Source of the DNA: Nemertoderma westbladi
Lineage: Eukaryota; Animalia; Xenacoelomorpha
Reading direction: 5' to 3'
NCBI GenBank assembly: GCA_032718475.1
Contig: JAUCBJ010008890.1
Location: 1 to 64,000, forward strand
DNA: 64,000 nucleotides
Part shown: positions 11,492 through 24,576 of the stretch, piece after piece
How the letters are laid out: each line of letters opens with the position of its first letter
Numbering within the stretch: position 1 is the first letter of the stretch
The notes under the pieces: model-generated
The model's database searches: none
Told to the model about the DNA's origin: nothing
The model's input: only the letters and a program-made list of their open reading frames with translations
Made by a program: the position numbers and the translations under genes

Positions 11492-14400
11492 ATGTCTTCT
11501 GATACATTAAAATTTGGACCCAACTGGATTCGCCAATTATCCAACCCATCATCGAACCAGGGACAGCAACCAATGGATCATGCAGAATCTGGCAATGTTG
11601 TCAATGAGGTGTTGTCTATACCGCAGTCCCAACAAACATATAATATATCCAACAAACCAGTGCAATTAGCGAAGTATCGTTATGGTCGGGAAGATATGAT
11701 TGCCTTGTTGCCTTCAGTAACCCAGACTCCACCAAACATCAAACCACAACTATTATCTGTCGAACAACAAATGCCGCTGGCAAACAAGCCGTTTGATGAG
11801 CATGAACAACAGCTAATGATTTGTTCTGTAAATTCTTCAACTGCTCTTCGGTGGAGTGGTGGGGGAAGAGGTAATATTAGGGGAGGGGGGGTTTCTGGAG
11901 GTGGGGGGAGGGGAGCATTCCACAGATCTGCATATCAAACTGAGCACGATTATGATGATGGTTATAAATATAGTGGTGGGAACAAATATGGGGGTGGTTG
12001 GGTCCAGGGATCCCGTTCTGATAATTGGAGAAGAGGAGAACAAGAACGTCCGGGGAAGATCAATACTGCAGATCACAGAATTGATAATCGGACTAACTAT
12101 ATTGGTGTAAACAATAGGCAGCATCCAACAGAAGGTTTCAGAGGACGGCCTGGTGTAGGTGAGCCAAGGCGGGATCGGTCATTGCGTCAAAGAACAACTC
12201 GTGACATTGCCCCTGACTGGTCAACTGCTAGGGATTTAGATCATGATGCTCCAATACCAAAGGAATCAATCCCAAGTCAAAATACAGTGCAGGCACCAGA
12301 CAGGTCAGCAGCTATGGATATAGGTCCTGATGCGCCAATACCAATACCAAAGGAGTCAATTACAAGACAAAGAACAACACAAGCCCAAGATTGGTCAACA
12401 CATAGGGATTTGGGTGCTGATGCACCAATAACAAAGGAGCCAATTCCATACCAAAGAACAACACACGACTCCGACCCTGATTGGTCAACAACAACAAGGA
12501 ATGATGGACATAATGTACCAGCAACAACTTGGTCAATGGGAGGTAACTCAACACCTGATTGGTCAATAGCACAGACATCTGCTTCTGGATGGTCAACCCA
12601 AGTTGATTTATCTCCAGTTCCTGCCAAACCAATTCCAAATTGGTCTACAGCAAAGGGCGGTGATTGGGGTTTAGACTCTACAGCTCCACCTGAATACAAA
12701 AAAGAACACCGGGAATTTGTGCGCAGTCCTTTGGCACCCACTCGACTAGAGAATACAAGTGAAAAAAACAAGGAACCATCCTTTTCATATAGTAACCGCA
12801 TTGGGGATTATTCAAAATCTGTTCATTTCCAACCAGATCAGTCTGCCATGTTCAACTTAAAAGACCAACAAATGGATAAAATTACTCAGCCCAATCTAAT
12901 GTCATCAAAAGATGTAATGATAGATACAAGTTCTCATCGCATTGTAACTAAATCAGAACAAAGTATTGAAGCAAAAATGAAAAATTTCGTGTATCCAACA
13001 CAGGTCTCGAGTGATTACGATGAGGTTTGGGATGATGATGCAGACAGAAATGATAGCCAATTTTTCCAACCACAAGTAGTAGAATCCCGATATTTTCCAT
13101 CAGATATTTCGAGTAAATTTTCTCAACAGCATGTATCACACTCTCAACATAACTTTCAAAATAAAACCATACCAGAAGCATTGCCTGGAAGCAAGTTAGT
13201 GGGAAACACGTCAGTCCTTGATAATACAAGAACAGAAATGACCATGACGAATTTGCAACCTACTGTTTCTTATGTAGGACCTACTTCAGGTGTTAACAAC
13301 ATAACTATAAACTCCCCAGAACACCCAAGCTTCGCACACATAACAGCGTCTGCAGAAAATTTGGTATCAGATAGTTACGGCTGGAAGAAATTTCATAGTC
13401 CCCCCATGCCACAGCCACAACCACCAACACAATGGTACTATAAAGACCCGCAAGACGATGTCCAAGGTCCCTTTGGCGATGTCGACATGATGGATTGGTT
13501 TACAGCGGGGTATTTTACACAAAACTTGCCTGTAAAGAACAGCATCAATGGCATGTTTGAACCCCTCTCTTCTGTTATCCTACGCAATGGAGGAGTCATT
13601 CCTTTTGGTAACTATACACCTGCCCCAGCACCATCTCTAGTTGTAAACAGCCCAACTTCAGAAAACAGTGACTCCAATCCATCCCTCGGCCTGCAAAAAC
13701 TTCTTGGAATAAATGTCTCTCACTCCCAAATACCATGCTCTGTTTCATTCTCTGACACTATTTACTCACCATGGGGTCAACCGCAAGGGTCCATTAAACC
13801 AGACCAGCTTGGGAAAGGTAATCATGATCTACGAAATCCACTATCACCTGATTTATCAGGCCTTGTTCAAAATGACACAATTCTTCATGGAAAAACAGTG
13901 GCTTTGCCCACCAATCAGGAAACCCAAGAACTCGATAAAGCTGTCCAGCCATTAGGATTTCGCAAAAACCCTGGCCGAGAGTTAAAATCTGATCCAAAAC
14001 CGCAAGAACAACTTACTATGAGTCAAATGCACAAACAACTCATTAAAAAATCAGAAATGGAGGCAATTCGTAAACAAAAACTTGAGTGTGAACGTTTAGA
14101 AGCAGAACTGAAAGCTCAGAAGGAAGAGGAAGACCGCAGACGGGAGGAGGATAGGATACGGGAGCAACAAAGGCTTATTGATGAGCAGAAAGAGAAGGAA
14201 AGACAACTTAAAGAAGAACAACAAAAGCGAGAAGATGAAAAAAAATTATTAGAACTTCAGCAGAAAGAATTGAAGGAAAGACAGGAGAAACAGCGTGAGG
14301 AAGAATTGAAGAGACGAGAAGAAGAGAGGCAAAGGAAGGAGGAGGAACGGCGAAGATTAGAGGATGAGAAAGCTAGGAAGATTGAGATGGACCAGTTAGA

Positions 14401-15409
14401 GGCATTGGAGAAGCAAAAACGGGAGGCAGAGAAAAGGTCGATGTTGGCCAAGCAACCACAAGGCCAACGGAGTGGTCAAGGAAGTTTACCAGCCACTGCT
14501 AAATGGGGTAATGCTGTTGCTAAACCAGCTGCTCCATGCCTTACCGATATACAACAGCAACAACACATTGTTCGGGAATTCCGTAATCATGAAGACGAGG
14601 AAAGAATGGTTCGGGAACAAACGAAACAACATAAGGTTATCCCGAATACACCACAGCCGACTTGGAATGCTTCATACACTGTGGGAGCCAAATCCCTTAT
14701 TGATATACAAAGAGAACAGCAGCGTGATAATGGGACGGTTGGTAGTAGACAAGCGATAGGGACAACTGGTGCCAGTCCAAACAAAGGGAAGAAGTCAAAC
14801 CTTGTGGCTAGTAAGGTGGAAGAAACCAAGAAGGACACTGATGAGGATATTCTAAGGAAGTTGTTTGACAGCCACACTAAGAGTGAGTTGGCAGTTTGGG
14901 CTGAGGGTTTCTTGGGTCGGGGGCCCAAACTGCAGTACTCTGAGGTTGACATACCGACTTTCATTAGTTTCCTTGAGGATATCGAATCGCCTTACGAGGT
15001 TCATGAATATATCCGTTCATATCTCGGGGAATCGAGTAAAACTATGGAATTCGGTAAAGAATTTATAAAGAAGAAGAAATTAATGGCGGACCAGGTGTCC
15101 TTTGCTCGCAGTTCCACGATGGTTAAAACGAGCGAGACACAATCCTCGATTGCATCGAAGATTGGCAGACAAACTAACCGGGGTTCCCAGCCCGGCTGGA
15201 TGATGGCGCAACCACCTGGTGCCTGTCAGCCGTCCAGACAGATGCCGGTAGACCCAGCAGCAGAAACTCGCTCCGATCAAACTGCCTCAAAGAAGACTAA
15301 GAAGGGTAAGAAAGATCTAAAGAGAGTTGATCCATCGATTCTGGGCTTCTCCGTAACTTCGGCATCGGATCGTATGAATGCCGGTGGAATTGATTTACCA
15401 GAGAAATAG
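11492..15409 (+). CDS. GIGYF: GRB10-interacting GYF protein (GIGYF family), single-exon ORF, 1305 aa
   Basis: N-terminal TLKFGPNWIRQLS; 4EHP-binding motif YRYGREDMI; GYF domain WYYKDPQDDVQGPF...MMDWFTAGYF; E/R/Q coiled coil; C-terminal DIPTFISFLEDIESPYEVHEYIRSYLG and VDPSILGFSV. Confidence 0.95.
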   Translation: MSSDTLKFGPNWIRQLSNPSSNQGQQPMDHAESGNVVNEVLSIPQSQQTYNISNKPVQLAKYRYGREDMIALLPSVTQTPPNIKPQLLSVEQQMPLANKPFDEHEQQLMICSVNSSTALRWSGGGRGNIRGGGVSGGGGRGAFHRSAYQTEHDYDDGYKYSGGNKYGGGWVQGSRSDNWRRGEQERPGKINTADHRIDNRTNYIGVNNRQHPTEGFRGRPGVGEPRRDRSLRQRTTRDIAPDWSTARDLDHDAPIPKESIPSQNTVQAPDRSAAMDIGPDAPIPIPKESITRQRTTQAQDWSTHRDLGADAPITKEPIPYQRTTHDSDPDWSTTTRNDGHNVPATTWSMGGNSTPDWSIAQTSASGWSTQVDLSPVPAKPIPNWSTAKGGDWGLDSTAPPEYKKEHREFVRSPLAPTRLENTSEKNKEPSFSYSNRIGDYSKSVHFQPDQSAMFNLKDQQMDKITQPNLMSSKDVMIDTSSHRIVTKSEQSIEAKMKNFVYPTQVSSDYDEVWDDDADRNDSQFFQPQVVESRYFPSDISSKFSQQHVSHSQHNFQNKTIPEALPGSKLVGNTSVLDNTRTEMTMTNLQPTVSYVGPTSGVNNITINSPEHPSFAHITASAENLVSDSYGWKKFHSPPMPQPQPPTQWYYKDPQDDVQGPFGDVDMMDWFTAGYFTQNLPVKNSINGMFEPLSSVILRNGGVIPFGNYTPAPAPSLVVNSPTSENSDSNPSLGLQKLLGINVSHSQIPCSVSFSDTIYSPWGQPQGSIKPDQLGKGNHDLRNPLSPDLSGLVQNDTILHGKTVALPTNQETQELDKAVQPLGFRKNPGRELKSDPKPQEQLTMSQMHKQLIKKSEMEAIRKQKLECERLEAELKAQKEEEDRRREEDRIREQQRLIDEQKEKERQLKEEQQKREDEKKLLELQQKELKERQEKQREEELKRREEERQRKEEERRRLEDEKARKIEMDQLEALEKQKREAEKRSMLAKQPQGQRSGQGSLPATAKWGNAVAKPAAPCLTDIQQQQHIVREFRNHEDEERMVREQTKQHKVIPNTPQPTWNASYTVGAKSLIDIQREQQRDNGTVGSRQAIGTTGASPNKGKKSNLVASKVEETKKDTDEDILRKLFDSHTKSELAVWAEGFLGRGPKLQYSEVDIPTFISFLEDIESPYEVHEYIRSYLGESSKTMEFGKEFIKKKKLMADQVSFARSSTMVKTSETQSSIASKIGRQTNRGSQPGWMMAQPPGACQPSRQMPVDPAAETRSDQTASKKTKKGKKDLKRVDPSILGFSVTSASDRMNAGGIDLPEK

Positions 15410-16767
15410 AACCAACTCCGTGTAACGTATCCATAGCGACACCCAATAACTCATTCCGGATACACCTAACCGACTACGTTTCTCTCTATCATGTGTTTTA
15501 CTTGTGGTTTGTGTCAATTTTGTAGCTGTGGAGTGTGGACTGTCGTTTTTTTCGTGTGCGATTTAAATGAGGCCAACTTTGTATTTGTGGTATTCCCATA
15601 TTCAGTAAAATTGAATGCAAGAGAAAGAATTTATTAAGTAACAATTGAGTGGGTATATATTTTGTACTTAATTCTGCCTTCAGTTTTATTTAAATATTAA
15701 CTATATATTATTATATAGAATAGACCAGCTGAAATTGTTTAAAGAAAATAGCCAGTTTAAGATCCATTTAAGTGACTATATTTACATTTACAAGTAACTT
15801 TTGACTAATACCACCATACACGTAGAGTAATAATTGTATTTGGCCCATATACATCGTACTGTACTTACAATATAAGTAGGTACATTATTGTTCAGTGCTC
15901 AACCTTTTATTTGTATTTTGGTGGATGAATATCTCTACCTTCCAGAATAATTTTCTGTGTTCGTGTGCTCGTTTTATTGTATTGCTGCTAATTGATATTA
16001 ATATTCTACCTAAATTCTCCAACAGAGTTGTGACTATAAAAACATACGTTGAAATATACATTAATTACGCTTTGTTTGTTTTATTTTTCCGGAACATTAA
16101 TTCATGCGTGTGCGAGCACGAGCACTATTGCATTGCATATTTTGGAGGCGATTCTCCAGCTCTCATTTCTTCTTTGTACCTACCCGATGGTACATAAACT
16201 GGATGATACCATAACGCTCCTCTCCCTTTGTATCTACCGGTACCCGATGGCCGATACGATGGAGGAGATCAAAATACTAAACGTTCTGTGTTTTCGCTAT
16301 TCGATAATTTGCTGTTTGGAATAGGATCAAGATGTTCCACAACAAACTTTCCATTCTCGCGATCAGTATTATAATTTTGAATTTTCTTAAGGTTTTCTTT
16401 CTGTAACTGTGGCTGTGTTAGTATGAAAAAGGGTTTTTTTCTAAATTATATCACTTTATTTTATACTACTGAAATATTTATGATAAAATTATATTACAAG
16501 GAATTTATAGATGATTACTGGATGGTTTCCTGACATATAAATTGAGCCAGGGGGGGGGGGGGGGGGGGTGTTAGGCCTATCTACCATCAACCCACCCCAT
16601 CCTTATTATAAGATGATCTAAGGACATGCGTAGAACATAGTCAACTGTATTGGTGAAAAATATGGAGACTTCAGAAATATGTCGAGTAAAAAAAGTATTG
16701 AGTTGGGGACGGGGACTAACTTAATTTTATTGAGAAGTGTTTTATATTGAAGGACTCTCTTCGTTCT

Positions 16768-17057
16768 TGATACGTGAAAACCAAATTTACAAATATTAAA
16801 ATTATTTAATAAATTAAATCAGGTAGGTAAAATTACAAAGACCACACAAGTAACCAATTATTACAACTCAGCAATATTTCGGTCTACAGGCCTTTGTCTA
16901 GCTGACTATGGAAAATACCTAACTACCCAGAGAACTGCACTGCACTGATATTGCTGAGTTGTAATAATTGGTTACTTGTGTGGTCTTTGTAATTTTACCT
17001 ACCTGATTTAATTTATTAAATAATTTGAATATTTGTAAATTTGGTTTTCACGTATCA
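16768..17057. repeat. near-perfect foldback inverted repeat (~110-bp arms, ~70-bp spacer)
   Basis: 16768-16877 is the reverse complement of 16948-17057. Confidence 0.9.
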
Positions 17058-17524
17058 TGATTGAAGCAGTAACCCGGGCGCGCACTATTATTCTCTTCGT
17101 TCTATACAATGCATGTACACGATAGTAGAGTAAATGAGCTCAACACTTTTAAAGATCTCAGGGGGGCGCCATTAACTCCACTGGCACGATTCGTCTCAAT
17201 GCTCTATGCAGCAGTCTTGATTTCAGCAAAAGCGATGTCACCATTGCATTGGGTATATCTATCTGTGAGTACAGACTCAGACACACGATGTTTTTAACAC
17301 AAAGTTATCAGGCAATACCTTTATCGTTGTTTAGGAGCTTCTCAAAGTGGGCAATCCAACCATTGCGGTGTTCAGCTGGAGATTCAGCCTAAAACCTTGG
17401 TGGGTGGTTGTATTTTCATCCCAATCACCAGGTTGGTCGATTGAGCTGATTGCATTGGCATTGTTGATGGCATCAACCTGCTTATTGATAAGTTCCTTCA
17501 GATTATCAGAGGACTGCCTGTTAA

Positions 17525-19602
17525 CCCTATTTGGCCCGGGGCGGGGTGCATTTTAGAAATTTTTTTGTAATTAATCTGTATCTTTCAGTCAAATTTGTTT
17601 GGGCAACCGAGATTGTCACTTTTCCTAAAATTTATCAGAGCAAACGCCATTTATATGGCTATGTTAGTTTTCGAGCTGAGGTCCCTTTCGGGCACCCATT
17701 TACAGTATTTTTCGTGCTACCATTTTCAAAAGTTTTTATGGTTCACTAAAATTAATTTATTTGCGGTATATTGCGGTTTTCCTGGTTGCTGATCACGATT
17801 ATAGAACTCAAATATAACATTCGAGAACATTTTTGGTAATTTTGACTGCGCCCTAGGGCACAAAAAAACAAGTACTGTAGTGTAAATATGATAATGAAAA
17901 ATAACCACAAAATTAAATTAATTTTAAGACCATATATGGGTTTTTGGGCTGCTGATGATGATGACGAATATGACACTGAAAAATATCACTCCTTGTTGAT
18001 TACGTCATTTTTGGATACGTGCCAAGTCAATGTGCGGCACGAAAAATAAAAGTAACACAAATGTGATATCAAAAATCATTACCAATCAACCTGATTTTAT
18101 GACATTAGGGGTTTTCTGGGACACTGATCACGAATATGATTATACGAATATATACATATACGAATACGAATATGATTATGAAATATCGTATTATCCAACC
18201 AACTACGTTTGAAATTTTATGCTTCTTGTCTTTTTCTCCCACCAGACCAGCACCAAAAATCATAGTTTCGTTACCACGAATGATTTTTAACGAGTTGTAT
18301 CGTAAATCAGCGGCCTGATCCTGATTGTACTTTTAGAATGGCACCAAAAATGATGTTTGCATTTCATCGTGAGCAGCGACCTCTACTATGATCGGCATGC
18401 TGCATTGCAGCTGCATTTTTAAGAATGCTGTGCCGGCTTGTCAACAAAATTGCACCGCCACAACTCCCTATCACCCATGACATTTGCTAGATCATCCGCA
18501 TCTTTAAGGCCAGTGTCCTTTAAGATGCGTCTCAAGAAAGTCATGGGCTGTCCACCATGCTTATTCACTCCATGAGGCTGCCAAAGTACAAGATTATGCA
18601 CTGGCTGGTCCTCACGGCGAAAGCAATGTCCTGCAAAGCGGAGGCGATTTTGTTCTAGTGTCAAGCTTGGGGGAACCAATGAGACACCTCCAATGTTATA
18701 TAGTGTCTCGTTGGAGATGTGTGCATTGTACGTGACACAATGAACCCGGCGTAGCATTCTTGTGATTGTGCCATCCAGAGATTTGGTGTCCTCAGCAGTT
18801 AGAGCCCAGCATGGACTCCCGTAGAGGAGTACTGGAACTACTGCTGCTCTAAATAATCGGACCTTACGTTTCCGATTAATTCTCGGTGACTTCCAAATCC
18901 TGGAAAGCCTATTCAAGGCTGCCCATGCCTTTCCCTTACGTATTCGAAGGTCCTCACCTGACTTCCGGATCCATGATCCCAGGTAACAGAAGTCGACCAC
19001 ATGCTCAAGCATACCATCCTTTGAGCTTATGCTCATCCGATCAGAGACTTGCTGAGGACTTTCAAAGTTAACTGTCAGAATTGTGGTCTTTCTGGAGTTA
19101 ATAAAAAGACCAACACTAGAAGCAGCATGTTCTAATGAGCTGAGGAGCCGTTTGGCTCCCTCTAATGATTCTGAGAGTACTCCTAAGTCATCAGCAAAGT
19201 CTAGATCAGTTAGGTACTTGGCAGGATTTCCTCGACTTCTGGAGCCAGTAGGTGGAGTTATCATCACCCCATCATCATTATAATGATCTAAGGACATGCG
19301 TAGAACATAGTCAACCACAATAATGAACAAGAATGGTGCAAGTGAGCGAGCAGCGACCTCGAAATCCCATATTTCTTCACAATTAGCAAAACAAACACAA
19401 AACGTTTTAGTTTGAGATTTTTTACTTGTACTTTTCGTCCTACTGGACCAAAATAGCAACAAAAATGATTCTTGCATTGCCATAAAATATTCTTAACAAG
19501 TATTTATCGTGATCAGCGACCTCGAATATACCATCAAAAATGTAATTTTTGAGCCACCCCCCAAGGCAAATTAAGTAGTAAAATAGCCCGGGCTAGATAG
19601 GG
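17525..19602. mobile_element. non-autonomous piggyBac-like DNA transposon
   Basis: TTAA at 17521-17524 and 19603-19606; TIRs CCCTATTTGGCCCGGG and CCCTATCTAGCCCGGG (14/16 match). Confidence 0.85.
18384..19347 (-). mobile_element. 5'-truncated RTE-clade LINE inserted inside the piggyBac-like element
   Basis: 13-bp TSD GAGCAGCGACCTC (18371-18383 and 19348-19360); RT motifs LAPFLFIIVVD, DLDFADD, FCYLGS, RLRFAGHCFR. The first ~45 aa of the ORF-track call 18419-19483 are flanking DNA. Confidence 0.92.
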
Positions 19603-20559
19603 TTAAGGGACCTAGATGCAGTATTTACTGCATCCTTGGCAGTCCTGTGTGCCCGAGACGGCGGGACTCAATCTGCACCTTAGATAGGTCATTTCGGTAC
19701 ATCCGAATTATGTATCTGTGCTTACTGACAAATTTGCTTTTTTTGTTTCCAGGGTATACAGAAATTGTATCTGCAGCTGCAACGAATTGCGTCATGAAGG
19801 CAAATGTAGCCCTCACAGTAACCTTCTGCCTCAGAGGCAAATTGTCTACCTGGGACTTTGGGTGTCAACAGCTTTCTAGTTCGTTTCTTGAACTGGGTCC
19901 CACCCGAGAACACAATCCATTTCCAGAGATGAAATCCTGAAGATGGACTGCATTTCGGTTGACACTATCACTATAGAGGATTCAATAGGTCTTGCATTAA
20001 AGTCACCCGGGAAAGTTACTAGGAAAGACACTTTAGAAGACATGTTCTCTATACTGGGGCAACACTAATGGATAAAGCAGACAATCAGAACCACCTTAGG
20101 AAATCTCTTCTTATCTTAGCTAGTCTTCCAGAACATGAGAATTGGCAACGGATTATACGGTTGGTGAGGTGATATGGGCTATTTTGTCCAATGCTGCATG
20201 TGCTCATGCAGTTGGAGTCATGAATATATCAATACCTCCATTACCACTGTCATCCGCTGAGGCGAGGGTAAGTCGCCAGCCATCTCCCAAGTCCTTAATC
20301 AGAACAATCAGCATTAAGTGCTCTTGAATATCCACATCACAACTGCAAAGCTTGTCAGCCAGGGCTGCCGTAGCTCGCCTTTTCGCATTAGGGACCCGAG
20401 TGTTAAGGTATTAACTGAGGCTTGTCTAGTGACTTGCCTCAGGTTCACCAATGGCTTGGTTGGTCGGGGTGGAACATGAGAGTAGCCTCGGGTCAGAGTA
20501 AAACGCGGATCAGGATTCTATCATTTAACATTGTCCCTATGGAAGTCGACTGAATTTAC

Positions 20560-20992
20560 ATTTTTAGGGTGTAATCTGCGGATCCGTGCACTGCCAAATT
20601 TACCGAATCCGTAACCGAGTGTAAAACGCAGATTGGCCTTTTTTTCCGATCCGGAACTGAGTGTAAAGCGCGGATTCATATTTTAGGCTAAATCCTGAAC
20701 GGAGTGTAAAACGCGGATTCATATTTCTATTGAATCCGGGATTGGGTGTAAAATACGGATTCAGGTTTATTACAAAGTCTTATTGGATCCGGGGAGGGGT
20801 GTAAAACACGGATTCAATTTATTTACCAATTGTTACTGGATTCGGGAAGGGGTGTAAAACACGGATTCAGGTTAATTTCAAAATGTTACTGGATCCGGGA
20901 AGGGGTGTAAAACGCGGATTCGGGTTAATTACAAAGTGTTTCTGGATCCGGGAAGGGGTGTAAAACGCGGATTCAAGTTTATTACCAAGTGT
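20560..20992. repeat. degenerate ~60-bp tandem repeat (about 7 copies)
   Basis: Recurring ggatccgggaaggggtgtaaaacgcggattc core. Confidence 0.8.
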
Positions 20993-23484
<2,492 letters not shown>

Positions 23485-23581
23485 CTATGTCTAATTAAAT
23501 AAGAGGTTACACAATTAAATTAGTGATTTGATTATATTTAAAATAACAAATCAAATGGCAGTGCTCTCGCTCTGACGCAAG

Positions 23582-24378
23582 TTACCCCATTTGAGCCATA
23601 TACACAGGTTCCCCAACCAAGGTGACCTTATTTACAAAAGGACTCACTTACCCCCATTGAGCCATATACACAGGTTCCCCAACCAAGGTGACCTTATTTA
23701 CAAAAGGACTCACTTACCCCCATTTAGCCATATACACAGGTTCCACAACCAAGGTGACCTTATTTACAAAAGGACTCACTTACCCCCATTGAGCCATATA
23801 CACAGGTTCCCCAACCAAGGTGACCTTATTTACAAAAGGACTCACTTACCCCCATTGAGCCATATACACAGGTTCCCCAACCAAGGTGACCTTATTTACA
23901 AAAGGACTCACTTACCCCCATTTAGCCATATACACAGGTTCCACAACCAAGGTGACCTTATTTACAAAAGGACTCACTTACCCCCATTGAGCCATATACA
24001 CAGGTTCCCCAACCAAGGTGACCTTATTTACAAAAGGACTCACTTACCCCCATTTAGCCATATACACAGGTTCCACAACCAAGGTGACCTTATTTACAAA
24101 AGGACTCACTTACCCCCATTGAGCCATATACACAGGTTCCACAACCAAGGTGACCTTATTTACAAAAGGACTCACTTACCCCCATTGAGCCATATACACA
24201 GGTTCCCCAACCAAGGTGACCTTATTTACAAAAGGACTCACTTACCCCCATTGAGCCATATACACAGGTTCCCCAACCAAGGTGACCTTATTTACAAAAG
24301 GACTCACTTACCCCCCATTGAACCATATACACAGGTTCCACAACCAAGGTGACCTTATTTACAAAAGGACTCACTTAC
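23582..24378 (-). repeat. array B: 66-bp unit = last ~37 nt of PRPF8 exon 3 + 29 nt of intron start; 12 intronic copies
   Basis: Donor copies at 66-bp spacing from 23582 to 24308; unit CCTTGGTTG(T/G)GGAACCTGTGTATATGGCTCAATGGGG|GTAAGTGAGTCCTTTTGTAAATAAGGTCA. Confidence 0.96.
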
Positions 24379-24576
24379 CCCCATTGAGCCATATACACAG
24401 GTTCCACAACCCAAGGAATCTCGTTAACAAACGATATTGCTCCGGTAATGTGGTAGATGACCTTTACATCCCGTATCTGTTCCCATGGGAACGGCATATT
24501 CTCCAGGAGTTTGAGGATGGCGTGAGGCATATACTTGAGTGCTCCCAGATACACTCGTTTGTCGTGACGAAACTTC
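24379..24576 (-). CDS. PRPF8: PRPF8 coding exon 3 (198 nt)
   Basis: aatAG|G AAG TTT; encodes [66 protein letters not shown]; donor GG|GTAAGT. Confidence 0.96.

Larger units (their letters stand above)
17200..20420 (-). pseudogene. decayed RTE-like LINE (endonuclease region), split by the TTAA element
   Basis: Minus-strand remnants DIQEH (~20320) and PGDFNAR (~20000). Similar coding-like sequence at 17200-17520 appears to continue it across the insertion. Boundaries approximate. Confidence 0.55.
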
